NCBI GenBank assembly: GCA_977016875.1
Contig: CDRNST010000038.1
Coordinates: 2,108,001-2,172,000, forward strand
Reading direction: 5' to 3'
Length of the DNA: 64,000 bases
Origin: Pavona decussata
Taxonomy: Eukaryota
Of this stretch, positions 13,599 to 25,518 are shown piece after piece. Positions within the stretch are counted from its first letter, which is position 1, and every line of letters starts with the position of its first letter. Below the pieces are notes generated by a model that had not been told where the DNA came from, did not search any database, and worked only from the letters and a program-made list of their open reading frames with translations. Position numbers and translations under genes: made by a program.

Positions 13599-13952
13599 GG
13601 ACCTTACGTAACCACGACGACAACGTCAAGGGAAAATGCCGCTTAGGAAAACAAATTCACTTTATCTGACCCACTCTGTGTCAGTTATTCTTTTCCGTTA
13701 GACTTTGCAATGTGGCAGACAATTAGTAAAAACAGTGCTGAAGTTCGGAAAAAGAGACAAGAATTCAACGTCGTGTGCCCTTGTTCTCCTTAAAACTTTG
13801 AATGTGGCCATTTCACATTGTTGTTTTGTAGAAGAAGTCAGAAAATGTATTAGAATTTTAACGCCCGTGCACAGCCATTCGGCCGGTTTTTCTTATTAAA
13901 CCTTATGTCACTTTTGACGTTGTCCTTCTCGTCACTAACGTGTTTGCGTAAG
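13599..13952. mobile_element. Degenerate MITE-like element; duplicate at ~56510-56862
   Basis: ccttacgtaaccacg..acaacgtcaa / ttgacgttgt..cgtgtttgcgtaagg imperfect inverted ends. Confidence 0.45.
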
Positions 13953-14077
13953 GACACGATTAGCCATAAAGGAAGGCGTTCTGTAAATAGAGTCTAAAAA
14001 TGCCAAATTGTCCTGAACTTAAGGTTAGATTTCAGTCTCAAGGCTTCGTGACTCAATTACATTTGTTATATTTTCAG

Positions 14078-14171
14078 GATTTCTAGACCAGATCAAGTCG
14101 TGTACAATGACAAGACTTCAGAGGTCACAGACGTCGTCAGTATTGGACCTTCTGTTAAAAACATCATAACG
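14078..14171 (+). CDS. Integrin alpha, copy 1, exon (start of calf-2: ISRPDQVVYNDKTSEVTDVVSIGPSVKNIIT)
   Basis: ttttcag acceptor, gtaatt donor; begins with 1 nt completing a split codon; in frame with the following exons. Confidence 0.85.
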
Positions 14172-14254
14172 GTAATTATTAGAAACTAGATCATTGGATA
14201 ATGTAATTACGGAGTTCTGATTCGTTCACTGATTCCTGTGTTAACATGTTTTAG

Positions 14255-14368
14255 GTGAAGAACAACGGTCCGAGTCCAGTTGAGTACACAGAAGTGACCG
14301 TCATGATTCCATTTAAAAATAAAGCAGTGGACGAGCAGAACTATTTGCTTTACTTGTCGAACGTGCAG
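14255..14368 (+). CDS. Integrin alpha, copy 1, exon (VKNNGPSPVEYTEVTVMIPF...YLLYLSNVQ)
   Basis: AG/GT boundaries, 114 bp; NxGPS and YLLY calf-2 motifs. Confidence 0.9.
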
Positions 14369-14832
14369 GTAAGATGAGTCCTGAGATATTGAAACAAAAC
14401 TCAGTAACCAAAATAACGTCTAACCAACGTAGCTGGTGGTATTTTTTGCAAGGTGGCAAGGTTTGTCGGTGAAGGTGCGTTAACGAGCGATGAAAGAAAC
14501 GGGAGGAGAGTCGAGATGAAGTCGCTGCATGATTCGAAACCAGATTAATCCAGTTTTCAGTCAATAAACCAATCAGAACGCGAGAAACGAAATAGGCAAC
14601 TAGTACCAAGCGCGGGAAAACATACAAACAAGTGTTAAGTGCGTGAACATTTTAGCCGGTGCTTTGCGCGGGAAAATGCATGCAACGGTTGCTTGGCGCG
14701 GGAACACATGCAACTAGCCCAAAGGGCAGGAAAACATGCAACCAGTAAATAGCTTGGCTGCAGATTGGTCGAATACCAAATCGCAATAATACCATCGATG
14801 ATTATATTTGTTTATTTTTTATTTCATTTTAG

Positions 14833-14886
14833 GTTCTAGGAAATGCAGGGAGCTGTAATATAGGGACTAATCCTCTAAATCTCCAG
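14833..14886 (+). CDS. Integrin alpha, copy 1, exon (VLGNAGSCNIGTNPLNLQ)
   Basis: ttttag/gtgagt boundaries, 54 bp; C...NPL motif. Confidence 0.85.
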
Positions 14887-16123
14887 GTGAGTGGCGTGTT
14901 TTAAGCCTTGTATCGATCTGATATACCTCTTAAAAGTGAACAATTTGAAGGAAAGTGCTTAAATAGTGACTTCTTTGAAATCAAATATCAGATAGATTGG
15001 GAAGTAAATGAGGTAATATGACTTTATCAAAGGCTCAGTTCTGTCAACACGTACGATATTAATAGATTGAACCTAATCAAAAGAGTTCTCGGCTACATAT
15101 AGCCAGGGCGAAAATAGATCGTTATTTACCGGTTTATATTGGGAAAATGTTTTCAAGCTCTTAAATGATGTTTCGTTTAAGTAATTGTCGTTTGTTCAGT
15201 CTTTTTGGAGCTTTACTGGTTTTGGAGTTTTGTTGCATGGCCAAAGTAACTTAGTTGCATAAGTTTTAACAGAGTTTCCACAAAACCAAGCTCCATTGTG
15301 AATCATCTATCACAGCTTTAAGTATCATAAGTCAACAAATGTCGAACAGCTCATTGTGCAAACGAACCATGGCTATTAGTTTAACCCAATCTAGACGGGG
15401 TTTTTTTTTTTTTGTCTTCTAAGGCATTAATGCTATGACAATAAGGCTTTTTTGGAAGATAGATAGTACGTCCAAACATGTTCCCCTTGAGGTCTGCAAA
15501 TGGAAATGATGACGTTGTTTGACGTGGCAACACGTCAAGATAGGCAAATGACGGCCATCTTGGATTTCTGGATTTCCCCAAAACTTCAGGAGAGCGCCGA
15601 AATTGAACGAAAAGGAAGCAAAACCAATACAATGCGAAAAATAATTTGTCTTCATTTTACAAGAAATTTCCATTTTCTGAAAAACTGAGCTGCCTCTCAA
15701 AAATTGATTGCCATGGTAAAACATCAAATTCAAGGAACACTAACCGACTACGTTCAATTTTGCCCGATAAATTTCTGAAAAAGTCCTGAAGTTTCATGGC
15801 ATTTTTAACGTTACAGAATGACACAAATCCAGGGTCTTTTCTACTCAACACATTGTTCAGAGAGTGAGAATAGAGAGCTTCAATCAGTTTGGCACTCAGC
15901 CCGTCTCAACATCTTATACCTTACTGCCGGTTATTAGACGATGAAAGCAAAAACCGCTGTCAAAACAATTTCAGTTTGACCATCCCCAATAGTTTTTAAA
16001 GTGTTTTGTACTGTAAACTAACAGCGTCAACAAGCATAAAGCAGAGATAAGACTTACAGCTGTCACTTAGAATGACCCACTGATCAACAGATGGGTCACA
16101 AACAAGTCTATTGATGTTCTTAA

Positions 16124-16543
16124 AGGAAATCTCCACTTTGACAGCAAATATGATGTCAAATTGCTGGAAATGATGCCTAAATTCCTAAATTTCAGTCGAA
16201 AAGTAGAAATAACATTTAAGAGTGCTAGAAATTAGATATGGTTTTCACTTATTTTCACTTTAAAATTTCCCGCTCGCCGCCATGTTGGATTACATGACGT
16301 CATAAGAGTTCCTCTATTGTTTCACCCAAAAGAACGTCTGGTTACTGACAATAGCGGCAACCGTATGACGTCATTAAAATCCAACATGGCGGCGCTCAGG
16401 AAATTAACGGCAATAATGGGCGATAATCAAGTCCTGTTTTGCCCTACACAGATATATTATTGGCTTGTTTTCCAACGAAATTTGAAATTAGATTGTATTT
16501 TCAACAATTTAACGTTAATTTACTTAAAGAGCGGAGGTTCCCT
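16124..16543. mobile_element. MITE with TTAA TSD and internal palindrome (Kolobok-like)
   Basis: TTAA-aggaaatctccac ... gcggaggttccct-TTAA; internal cgccgccatgttgga/tccaacatggcggcg. Confidence 0.7.
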
Positions 16544-16634
16544 TTAAGCTTCTGCCCGAAATGTTCAGCAGTGTTGAATGTCAACCACTTTGCTCGTTAA
16601 TATGAGTGACCTTTTTAAACCTTTTTTTTATTAG

Positions 16635-16721
16635 TTCAGTAATGATTCCACTGATCCAATAGACGAAGTATCTTCTTTGGGAAAACCAAAACGTGACCTG
16701 AAGCCTAAGAATGAAGAACTG
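16635..16721 (+). CDS. Integrin alpha, copy 1, exon (FSNDSTDPIDEVSSLGKPKRDLKPKNEEL)
   Basis: ttag/gtatgt boundaries, 87 bp; dibasic KR-D at the position of the heavy/light chain cleavage loop. Confidence 0.8.
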
Positions 16722-16753
16722 GTATGTAACATAAATCAGCTCTATTTGTTCTT

Positions 16754-17037
16754 AGAGCGGTTTTCAATTGAGTGTCGAGAGTAATTTCGCGATTGCTTTG
16801 GTTTAGCAGTTACTACGCTCTGTGATTGGTTAACAAAACTTGCGCCACTTTCTCAACCAATGAGAATCCAAACCAAAACCAATCATGTTTTGGCCGCACG
16901 CGTTTTCCCACGCTTGGCACCAGTTACATGTACTGCTTCGAATTCTGATTTGCTCGTTGTGTTGTTTACATCTGATGAGATTGGTCAAAGTAATTACTTA
17001 GGTTTTCGTTTTACGACACTCAGTTGGAAACCGCCAT
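16754..17037. mobile_element. MITE-like element; duplicate at ~60305-60588
   Basis: gcggttttcaattgagtgtcg ... cgacactcagttggaaaccgc imperfect TIRs. Confidence 0.6.
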
Positions 17038-17386
17038 ACCTACGATTTCTTTGTCAGCGGGTGAACGGAACGCAAAAAAAGCCACATAGCTCTGGGGTCA
17101 AAAACGGCTCAAACGTAGAAAAACAATAAGTGCGCTACAGTTGGTAGCTAGAGTAACTAATTTGTCAACCGCAATACTACAATATTCCGCCGGCGTTTAA
17201 TGTCCAGGATGAAATATTTATTGACAAAGATTTTTCTGAACATCCTCCTTCCCATAGACCTTGGGAACGAAGTTTCTTTGATTCTTGATCTTTCTTTGCA
17301 TAAACTTTCATGATAAAAGTTGGGCGATTGTTTTTTATTTTCACTTTCGAAGTTTAAGATTCACTTGTCTTGGTTTTGTTATTTAG

Positions 17387-17509
17387 CCTTGTGAGTCTGA
17401 CAGCTCTCTGACGTGCCTCAAGGTCCCCTGTTACCTGGGGCGAATGAAGCGAGGGAACCAAGTACAGATACAGTTGACATCCCGTCTCTGGCGGAACACA
17501 CTTATCAAG
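17387..17509 (+). CDS. Integrin alpha, copy 1, exon (PCESDSSLTCLKVPCYLG...SRLWRNTLIK)
   Basis: AG/GT boundaries, 123 bp; three Cys and SRLW motif of calf-2. Confidence 0.9.
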
Positions 17510-17728
17510 GTACTTCATCGTTGACGCCACTTCTTTCCGATGGCCCTCTCAGATATTCAATATAGCGACTGACTTACCCCAATACTTTTTACTTTCACTT
17601 AGGTTTCTCTCTACCACCAGTTTTACAAAGGATCCTCTGAAGGGGCCGTATAAACGGCGTCGTTCATTATATATGTTTTTTGTGTTTATTTGTTTTGGTG
17701 TTGATGCAATTAAATTGTTTGTTTGCAG

Positions 17729-17821
17729 GCGAATGCTGGTTCAGTCACCCTTACTACCACCGCGGAAATTGTCCCATCCTCTTCTGTTCCTGAACTGAAT
17801 AAAGAAAACAATAAGGCCGAG
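17729..17821 (+). CDS. Integrin alpha, copy 1, exon (ANAGSVTLTTTAEIVPSSSVPELNKENNKAE)
   Basis: ttgcag/gtttgt boundaries, 93 bp, phase 0/0. Confidence 0.82.
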
Positions 17822-18712
17822 GTTTGTCTCTTTCGTTGTTTGCGTAGTGTTTTCCTTTAATCTTCAAGTATATCCAATTCTAACACCGGACAAAATCTAG
17901 TTGTCCGTTCCGAAGTTCTTAAAAGGACTGGACCCTAATTTACACATTGTTCAAATTGCGTCATATGAAAAGATGAACCCCATCGCCAGAAAGAGGATCA
18001 CACAAAAATTATAAGTTTACTAAGTTTAGTTATATTTCATTGCGTTGAAACCAACCAGGCTGTGACCTGTCAAAGGTCGCCCATTTCCATACAAATGTCT
18101 CTTTTTTCTGAAAGGGCGTCTTCCAAATCCATACAAAGTCTCTAATTTTTCCAATTTTTATAGCCTTCTGCCTACAATCTAATAGCAGAACATCAAACTT
18201 GGGAAATTGAGTAATTTCAATGTGATCTTTCTGGTGAAGGACTCCGATTTTCTGTTTAAATGAAAATGTAGAAACTTGTCACCACCTCCATTTAAACTCC
18301 AGAACGGGCAATTATTTACTTCATTAATGGTCCAACAAGAAAGAACTGCTTCATCGACAAATGAATTAGTTAAAAGATTGTCATCAATAATCCTCTTAAC
18401 CTTAAGTTGGACATAAAAACCGCGAAGGATCATTTTGTGCTACGAAACAACGCATACAACCGGAAAGTAGTTCCATCTTCAAAGTTTTCATTTCAGTGTG
18501 TGACCCAATATTCCAAACTCGCTGAAAATTAACATCATTTTCCTTAGCATAACAAACAGCACCACCATACTGATCAAATTTGATTTGAACGTAAAAACCA
18601 CATCGCAAGAACCGAGGCTGATGAATGCAAAATAAGGTATAAAAATATGTTAGTTTCAGTGAACGAACCAACTGTATTCTTAACTAACAACCGTATTGTT
18701 AATCGTAAACAG

Positions 18713-18838
18713 ATTCCGCTAATAGCCAATCCCAAGACCCCTGCAACCTCCAAAAAATCAACAGCCGTTTGGATCTATATCGTGTCTGTGCTCGGAGGCC
18801 TAGCTCTTTTGGCCCTTGCAGGAATTGCTCTCTACAAG
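18713..18838 (+). CDS. Integrin alpha, copy 1, transmembrane exon (WIYIVSVLGGLALLALAGIALYK)
   Basis: aacag/gtaagc boundaries, 126 bp; typical alpha-integrin TM helix. Confidence 0.92.
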
Positions 18839-19335
18839 GTAAGCCAGTTATACCTGCGATAGAGGTTCAAGAGGGGCGTAAATTTAAGGCATTTGGGGAT
18901 GGTAATTCTGAAAATTGTCTGTACCAGTTTGCGGTTGTTAGTGTCTGAGAATTTCGTCTCTAAGCGCGTTTTCCACTTTTTTTCAGATCAGTGGTTTTGT
19001 GAACGGAATAGATCAATTCATTTTTGAGGCCACTCCCTCCATTTTCTTCATTTTGGAACATTCGTTAGTAGAAGCAGTCCTCAAAAGGGCGAATTACACA
19101 AACAAATCGATCGGTTCTGGCTGTATGGTTTTGACAAATGACAAACTAATCAAAAATTAAAAATGCAGAAAAAAAATTTCACGTCAACTTGCTACCAATT
19201 CGTTTCCTGCTGCAGAAACTGGGTTAGAGGCCAGCAGTTTTCAGGCTTGTACATATGTTTTTGCCATAAGAACAGGCTACAAGTAAAAATTAGCACTAAG
19301 GAATTAAATGAACGTTTTTATATTTCGTTCAACAG

Positions 19336-19446
19336 TTTGGTTTCTTTAAGCGGAAGCGTGTAAAGAAGGAATACTCAGAGGAAGAGGTAACGCCGATGAG
19401 GACATTGGAACCCGGTAATGCGAGCCAAGGACCAGTTAATGTTTAG
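19336..19446 (+). CDS. Integrin alpha, copy 1, last coding exon (FGFFKRKRVKKEYSEEE...GPVNV*)
   Basis: aacag acceptor; diagnostic KxGFFKR membrane-proximal motif; TAG stop. Confidence 0.93.
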   Translation, partial: FGFFKRKRVKKEYSEEEVTPMRTLEPGNASQGPVNV

Positions 19447-20624
19447 TAGAACTTAACGACTGCGACACAGTCTTTAAGTAAACCGTTAAGTAGTCCGTTA
19501 CACGTCTTATATTTGGGGCCATTTTTTAGTAGTCCATGGCTTAATCAACCTCATGTGAAAATGAAATTTGGGTTTTTTTTAGACGAACAAGAGTCATGTC
19601 GTTTAGAAATTTTCTTTCAGTTCTTGTTAGGACTCACGTAGTGTCTCGCTATGAAAGGAATACAAAGGTCCCCGTCGATTTCAGTTGTACGTCAAAGCAT
19701 GTAAACGAGAAAAAAGTCAAACCTCACGAGGCTTGACCAAAGGACCTTTAAAAAGGGGAGATACTTTGTATATACTTTTATACTGTTTCCTAACTGTTTA
19801 GTTACGGAAACATTGTTTTCTTCCAGAACCAAAGAAACAAAAAAGCAAATGTTTGCGATGAGCTAACAAATAATAATTATTTGAGAAGTCCCAGGGGCAT
19901 CCCGTGATTCGTTTCGGTGAAACGTCAACTCACCCAAAGTTGCCTTTTAAGGGCCATAAATACTGTGGCGACGCCATTATGCTTTAATGTTCTAGTTGGG
20001 TGAGCCGACCTGTTACATACAAAACTACTGAAATATACGTCTGGGGATGACGTGAAACGTTACACCGGTTGATTGGGGTGGGGAGGGGGGGAACGTCTGA
20101 TGACAAACGCCGGTCAGTTAGCTACTTTGTTGCCAGGTGCCAACGCGTTTCCTGGAAAGAGCTGGAAAACAGGGGCGCAGGGCTTGAGGGGAATTCCTGC
20201 ACCATTCCCACGACACCATGCGCACCACGTGTGACTGAGTAGCAACACACGATGACGAGGCAAGGCGTGAGGTTCGTTATTGTTATATGGCAATCATTTA
20301 AGAACAACTAACTTTTAGATATTTTGTTAATATCAATTTAAAAAGATGTATTGATAATCTATTTTATCGCTTTGAAACGCGCGCAGAATTATAAAGTACT
20401 GTAGACTCAAATTATAGGAGTTTTGTAATTTAATTTATAAGTTTTAAAGTATTTGAGTTAGTCTTCTTTTTGCTAACGTATCAAGTTGAAAATGTTTGCA
20501 AACACTTCAAAGAAAATTAGTTTGAGAAGTTATTTACCTGCTCAAGAAAGAATGTATATGGTAGAAGTAAAGAAATAAATATAATTTATTTAATTTAATT
20601 AGTAGTTTTTATCTTTTTTTTATA

Positions 20625-20720
20625 TTGTTAGACACTTTTATCATGAGCCTGTGGCTCGGGGGACTAGGAGACCACCCCCTGTGTATTTGACATTAAATAA
20701 ATCACTTACTTACTTGCTTA
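20625..20720 (+). mobile_element. Probable LINE (CR1/L2-type) 3' end
   Basis: Short GC-rich segment followed by ttaaataaa and a (CTTA)n tail. Confidence 0.35.
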
Positions 20721-20836
20721 TTGTGTCATTTATTTTACCCTTCGTTGTTGCGTTATTTCATTTTGCTTGTTAGACCATGCACTCCCAGAAGACGAACAAC
20801 GGAAGTAGAACGCGCACGATTTTTCCTTCATTCTCT

Positions 20837-20907
20837 TCTGTCTGTCTGACTGTCTGTCTGCCTGCCCGTCTGTCTGTCTGTCAGTCAGTCTGTCTGTCTG
20901 TCTGTCT
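20837..20907. repeat. (TCTG)n imperfect microsatellite
   Basis: Direct reading. Confidence 0.9.
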
Positions 20908-21273
20908 TCCTTCTCTCTTTCTTTCCTGTTTGTACCAACAAATCGTCTTAGTGATAAATAGGTACCGGCGACTTACTGTTTAACGCAGCCAAAGGTCGCT
21001 GATTTGGTTGACTGGTATCTGCAAAGACTCCTTCCCAATCCCTCTTAATTAGTATCTTAATTAGTTATAGGTTCAACCAACCGCGCGTGGAAGTTTGGGA
21101 AGTGTGAAGAGAACAAGGTAAGGTTATTGTACAAAAAGGGTTTGGACTTCCCACGACCCATTGCGACTTTGAACACTTTGGATTCCTCATAAGCCAGTAC
21201 AATCAAATAAAGCTACCTGTGATGAGTGTGGTAATTTATCGCTATCTAATCTGCCTTGCATGTACAAACTAAA

Positions 21274-21303
<30 letters not shown>
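21274..21303. repeat. (AAT)10 microsatellite
   Basis: Direct reading. Confidence 0.9.
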
Positions 21304-21305
<2 letters not shown>

Positions 21306-21818
21306 AGAAAATATATCTCACGTCATGATCCACAGACGTTTGAATTCATGGGCCTAGCGAACCCTTCGTGAAAAAAAAACTACAACGAAACCTTGGAGGA
21401 AAAGGGAAGTTGTACTGCTTATACCATAGGGTATATAGGTGTGACCGGTTGAAAATCGTGTGCTTTTTAGCTGTGTTGGTTCACTGTTGCTCTGAAAAAG
21501 AGTCGGGGCTCTAATTCTTTTGGTCTGACTTCCATTCGTTTCCTGCTGCAGAACCTATCGTTTGTCAATAGACTCGTATTTCAGTTTGTCTCTGAGAACT
21601 TGTACAAATAATAGATGAGGTAGACGGGATTCGGATTTTTATACGTTTTAATATATTTTGATCTATTTTTAATGTTATTATTTGCAACTTAAGATATGTA
21701 TTTTTATATTTTGATGATCATTAACAAAACGGCTTTTATCTCACCAAAACACAAACTATGAAGCCATACTTAAAGTATTTCCACATCAAGTTTACGTTAT
21801 CGGATAGTGGGCTTGGAC

Positions 21819-22005
21819 TCATCATCATCATCATCATCATCATATCTTTATTTACCCTTGGATTTTAGAGTAGCTTATGCAGCTAATATCTCCGAGCATT
21901 TAGCCACCCAACCGTGAGAATATACACACAAAGACCAGATCACAACACCGGGAACTACGTCCACTACTCTTTGCGAACAGTAAGTGGGTTCTTAAACGTC
22001 CCATG
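21819..22005 (-). mobile_element. Probable SINE/LINE 3' end with (ATG)n tail
   Basis: (CAT)8 at 21820-21843 abuts a higher-GC repeat-like body; family not determined. Confidence 0.4.
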
Positions 22006-22019
22006 GAGTTATTGCAAGT

Positions 22020-22520
22020 GTTTTACTTAGAATCATAGTTAATTAAAGGCAATAGTTATGAAACCTGACAAATGTCTTTGTTATATGTTTTTGTTAGCCT
22101 TTTTGGCCTTGAACCTGCACGAACAACAATAGAATTTGGAATGTGTTGGAGCAACTGACCAATCGAAACGTTTTTGTTAAGATATTCAACTGTAGTGTGA
22201 ACGTTAAAACAAAGGATTGTGCAGGGTCGCGGCCCTTCCAACATAAATAGAAGCACCATTGTTTTCATGGAAAGGTTTCCTAACCAGTCCCTCAATTAAC
22301 TATGCTGGAATTCAGTAGAATTATTTGCTTCTTTCAAGATGGTCGATAACTTTGACCGTCGTCGACCTTTAGCTTAAAAGCACGCTGTTCATAAACTTGC
22401 GCATTTTATATAACTTGACGTTTCGTATGTTAGTCAACGTACATTTTCAAAAGTGACCGTTAAAATACGCAAGTTTACTATGTTTATCACTGCTGTTTGT
22501 ATTTTATTTTTGAACAAACA
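22020..22520 (-). mobile_element. Probable Penelope-like element fragment (pLTR with hammerhead, then decayed ORF start)
   Basis: Hammerhead at 22413-22454 followed on - by the ORF remnant 22056-22295; boundaries approximate. Confidence 0.45.
22413..22454 (-). ncRNA. Minimal hammerhead ribozyme, U3-A8 core variant
   Basis: Reverse complement reads actt-TTGAAAA-t-gtacgtt-gact-aacatac-GAAA-c-GTC-aagt. Confidence 0.6.
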
Positions 22521-22594
22521 TACATACCAACGTAAACTCAACCTCCGACTAGGACCTACGTTGATAAGATCAATGTAGGCCAAAATAATGGTAT

Positions 22595-22596
22595 AT

Positions 22597-22651
<55 letters not shown>

Positions 22652-22893
22652 ACGCGTAGCGCCGAATTGGCTATAATCATCTCATATCTAACAAGCGCAA
22701 GTGGAATAATTGTTTTCTTAAAAACAATCAAGAAATATATTTCTAGATCTTCCTGATTTCGCTGTGTAAAAATAACCAGCAGACAATTTAATGGGTGCCA
22801 TTTCCCGGCCATGGTATAATGGCCCATATACCATGGCCGCTAAGCCAATCAAATCCCTCGAATTGCATTATACAATGATTCAGTTTTTAATAA
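22595..22893 (-). mobile_element. Probable non-autonomous Crypton-like element
   Basis: Terminal palindrome at 22599-22714 and an agccaatc motif near the other end mirror the layout of 31478-33280 in reverse. Confidence 0.5.
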
Positions 22894-23390
22894 AAAAGGA
22901 TAACGGTCTGGACCTCGGGGCGGAGCCTTTACTAAAGTACCCTCCCCCCTCCGCGGGGGAAATTTTCACGAAAACCGGACGGGAGGCTTGGGTCGAGGCT
23001 TGGTAACCACCAGCTGTCATGCGCAATAGCCCAGGCCGGGAAGACCGCGGGAAACCCAAAATGGTGGACATGACGAGCACAACAACCCAACAAAGTTGAA
23101 CGAAATTGACACATTTGTAATGGGTTCTCTTTGTGTAAGAGATAGTTACGGATAGAATGAGTCAGTGGAAGAGGATTCTGAGGGCATTATCCCGAATTGC
23201 CTATCTCAAAGCGAACGAGTTTGAAGGGGACAATTTCGAATGGTTATTCGACTGATAATCGCTTGTTCCTTCTTGGAGTGGTTTTGCGAAAATTTCCATG
23301 AAACGGATGTTCTTTCACCGGTGGAGTTGAAGAGGTTGGTTCATTTGTTCATTTCTGGTCTTACCTTCATGCCAATGAAAGTAGCTAATG

Positions 23391-23844
23391 TTTGTAAACA
23401 CGCTCTAATTTTAAGCCCTCACTGAAATATTTCGGACCACAGCCAAACATTATTTTCCTATATTCTCCTTTTGTTTTCGTTTAATTAGAGACTAGAATTA
23501 TTTCTGTAGGAAAAATATTCCCAGAGTTATAGATTGTTTTGAACATTTTGTGTTGGACTTGTGTAATTCATTCGCCATTCGCAGCGCATGCATATTTGTA
23601 AACACGCTCCTAAATTTTAAGCGCTCACTGAAATATTTCGGACCACAACCAAACATTATTTCTCCTATATTCTCTTTTTGTTAACGTTTACTTAGAGACG
23701 AGAATTATTTCTGTAGGAGAAATATTCCTAGAGTTATGAACTGTTTTGAACATTTTGTGTTGGACTTATATAATTTATTCGCCATTCGCAGTGCATATTT
23801 GTAAACACGCTCTTAAAAATTTTAAGCGCTCACTGAAATATTTC
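23391..23844. repeat. Tandem direct repeat, ~204-bp unit, ~2.2 copies
   Basis: tttgtaaacacgctc... recurs at 23391, 23595 and 23798. Confidence 0.85.
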
Positions 23845-24024
23845 ACGTAAACAGTTTGCTTTATATGCACTTAACATATATATAACTCCAGAAAGGATGA
23901 CGAATTTGTAACGTTATTACATGTTATTTCGTTCATACAATAAGCAGACTAACATGTATATAGATGCTTTTAGCCTGGACTAAATGTATATATTATTTTC
24001 ATTTTCTTTTTCTGTTAATCACAG

Positions 24025-24107
24025 GCTAATTTTATCAAGAAATGCGGACCTGACAAAATCTGCGAGCCTGATCTGTCTGTGAAGGGACAAGTGAGATTTG
24101 GTGATAA
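24025..24107 (+). CDS. Integrin alpha, copy 2, genu exon (ANFIKKCGPDKICEPDLSVKG)
   Basis: acag/gtaagt boundaries; CGxDxxCxPDL genu motif. Confidence 0.85.
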
Positions 24108-24507
24108 GTAAGTGGTCAATAAACTGTGGTAACGTACTAAAATATCCACTCAATATTAACTAAAGACAAAGTTGCTAATAATTTTAAAAGCCAGGTATTT
24201 TTAAAAATGATAGTTAATGAAAGTACCTGACCTATTTTATACACTAAAAGATGCCACTACTTTGGAAAATTTTCATGACCAAAAAAAAAATTCTCATGTA
24301 GACCGAAAAAGCTGACCAGTCTGGTATCTGGTAAAGTTATTATCTCGTACCCAGTTCTAGTATTTTAAAACTGGTCGTGAGAGATCTCGGTACTAGATTA
24401 GATAAACAAATTAAAGATTAGAGACCTTTCTGTTATATCACTGGAAGGTGTATTCATATAAACAAATAAGAACTAGAAATAACTATTGTTATTTTACCGT
24501 TTAAAAG

Positions 24508-24658
24508 TGATCCTGCACATCACAACGAGCTTCGTGTTGGACATGATAATGAAATGACTGTCCTGGTGATGGTGGAAAACAAAGCGCAGGACTCAGCCTA
24601 CGATGGAAAGGTCATTGTGACTTATCCTTCCATTATCGACTATTCAGGCAGCAATCAG
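24508..24658 (+). CDS. Integrin alpha, copy 2, calf-1 exon (ELRVG...VMVENKAQDSAY...TYP)
   Basis: Phase-compatible with the 24107 donor; VxNxxxxxAY and YP calf-1 motifs; gtaggt donor. Confidence 0.82.
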
Positions 24659-25434
24659 GTAGGTCAGAGTTTTAAAAGCTCTATTTGCCGTGCACAAGAA
24701 GAGAGAGAATAGGAATATTTTGAAAAGCACTTCAACATGGAACTGATGAATTTTCTGAACAAGTTTCTAACCTAGTTTAACCACAGGGAGTCCACAAAAG
24801 TTTTGGAAAAGAAATAAATTAATAAATTATCGACTTACTTTTTTCGAAGGGTTGTTCGTTTCTTGTGGTTTTCTATATCCAATTCATTTGCGTTCAATTT
24901 ACGCGACAGCACTAATGTCGTGTACTAAGTTGTGCGCGAGCGGATCTGAGCTCTGCTCACTATACGTTATATATAAATTGACAAGGGAGGCAACTTTTTC
25001 GCGAAACAATGTGAACACACTCGACAAAATAGCTTTGAACGTTCGACTACCTCGCCTATTCGTATCAAACGAAAGCTGGATAATTTGGGAACACACTAAC
25101 CTGTCAGAATCTCAAGAAGAAACAATTTTGAGCCAGCATTTTAGCTCCCTTTTCGTAGTTTTGCTCGGTGAATTTTTCCCAACAGTTGCGGCCAGTTACC
25201 TTGGTGCAGACGTCACAGACTTACGCGCCGTTACGAGCGAAATGTCGCCTCTCCCTACCTCCCAAAGATATTTTTGCGCGACAGCTATGGACAGTTACCG
25301 CTCCCTTTTTAGTCACAAATTGCGCTAGACCGGAAATAAATTTTCAGCCGACTTATCGCGCAAACCTAACTTTTGTAAATAAAACCAAAGTAGAATTTTA
25401 GTTTGCACAATTTGTGTGTGTGTTTTTTTTACAG

Positions 25435-25518
25435 CCCCAAGGAAGACGCAAATTCTTCTGATAACACGGAACTGCTCAATATCGTCGTCAGATTCGAGGC
25501 GGATCTAAGCATCAGCGG
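25435..25518 (+). CDS. Integrin alpha, copy 2, end-of-calf-1 exon (PKEDANSSDNTELLNIVVRFEADLSISG)
   Basis: tttacag/gtgagt boundaries; DN...ADLxIxG motif; ends with GG, completed by the first G of the exon at 57111. Confidence 0.83.

Larger units (their letters stand above)
9310..20447 (+). repeat. Segmental duplication block A, paired with ~50370-64000
   Basis: Collinear GPCR3/GPCR7, integrin exons, introns, MITEs and 3' flank. Confidence 0.92.

Noticed and set aside
18647-18862. 71-aa single-TM small protein (and 62201-62416)
   Set aside because: It is the integrin TM exon read through from intron sequence.
19908-20010. Hairpin ggtga..tcacc-GAAAC on - resembling a hammerhead
   Set aside because: No CUGANGA/UUGANAA core next to the stem; likely the end of a small inverted-repeat element.
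21071-21117. Candidate small exon (tatag|...|gtaagg)
   Set aside because: Good splice signals but no integrin-like translation in any frame; unsupported.
22880-23114. GC-rich short ORFs on -
   Set aside because: No recognisable domain or supporting exon structure.
23391-23844. CRISPR-like array
   Set aside because: Plain ~204-bp tandem duplication without unique spacers; eukaryotic context.
24852-25328. 158-aa ORF
   Set aside because: TTG start, no recognisable motifs, and located in probable repeat-derived intron sequence.
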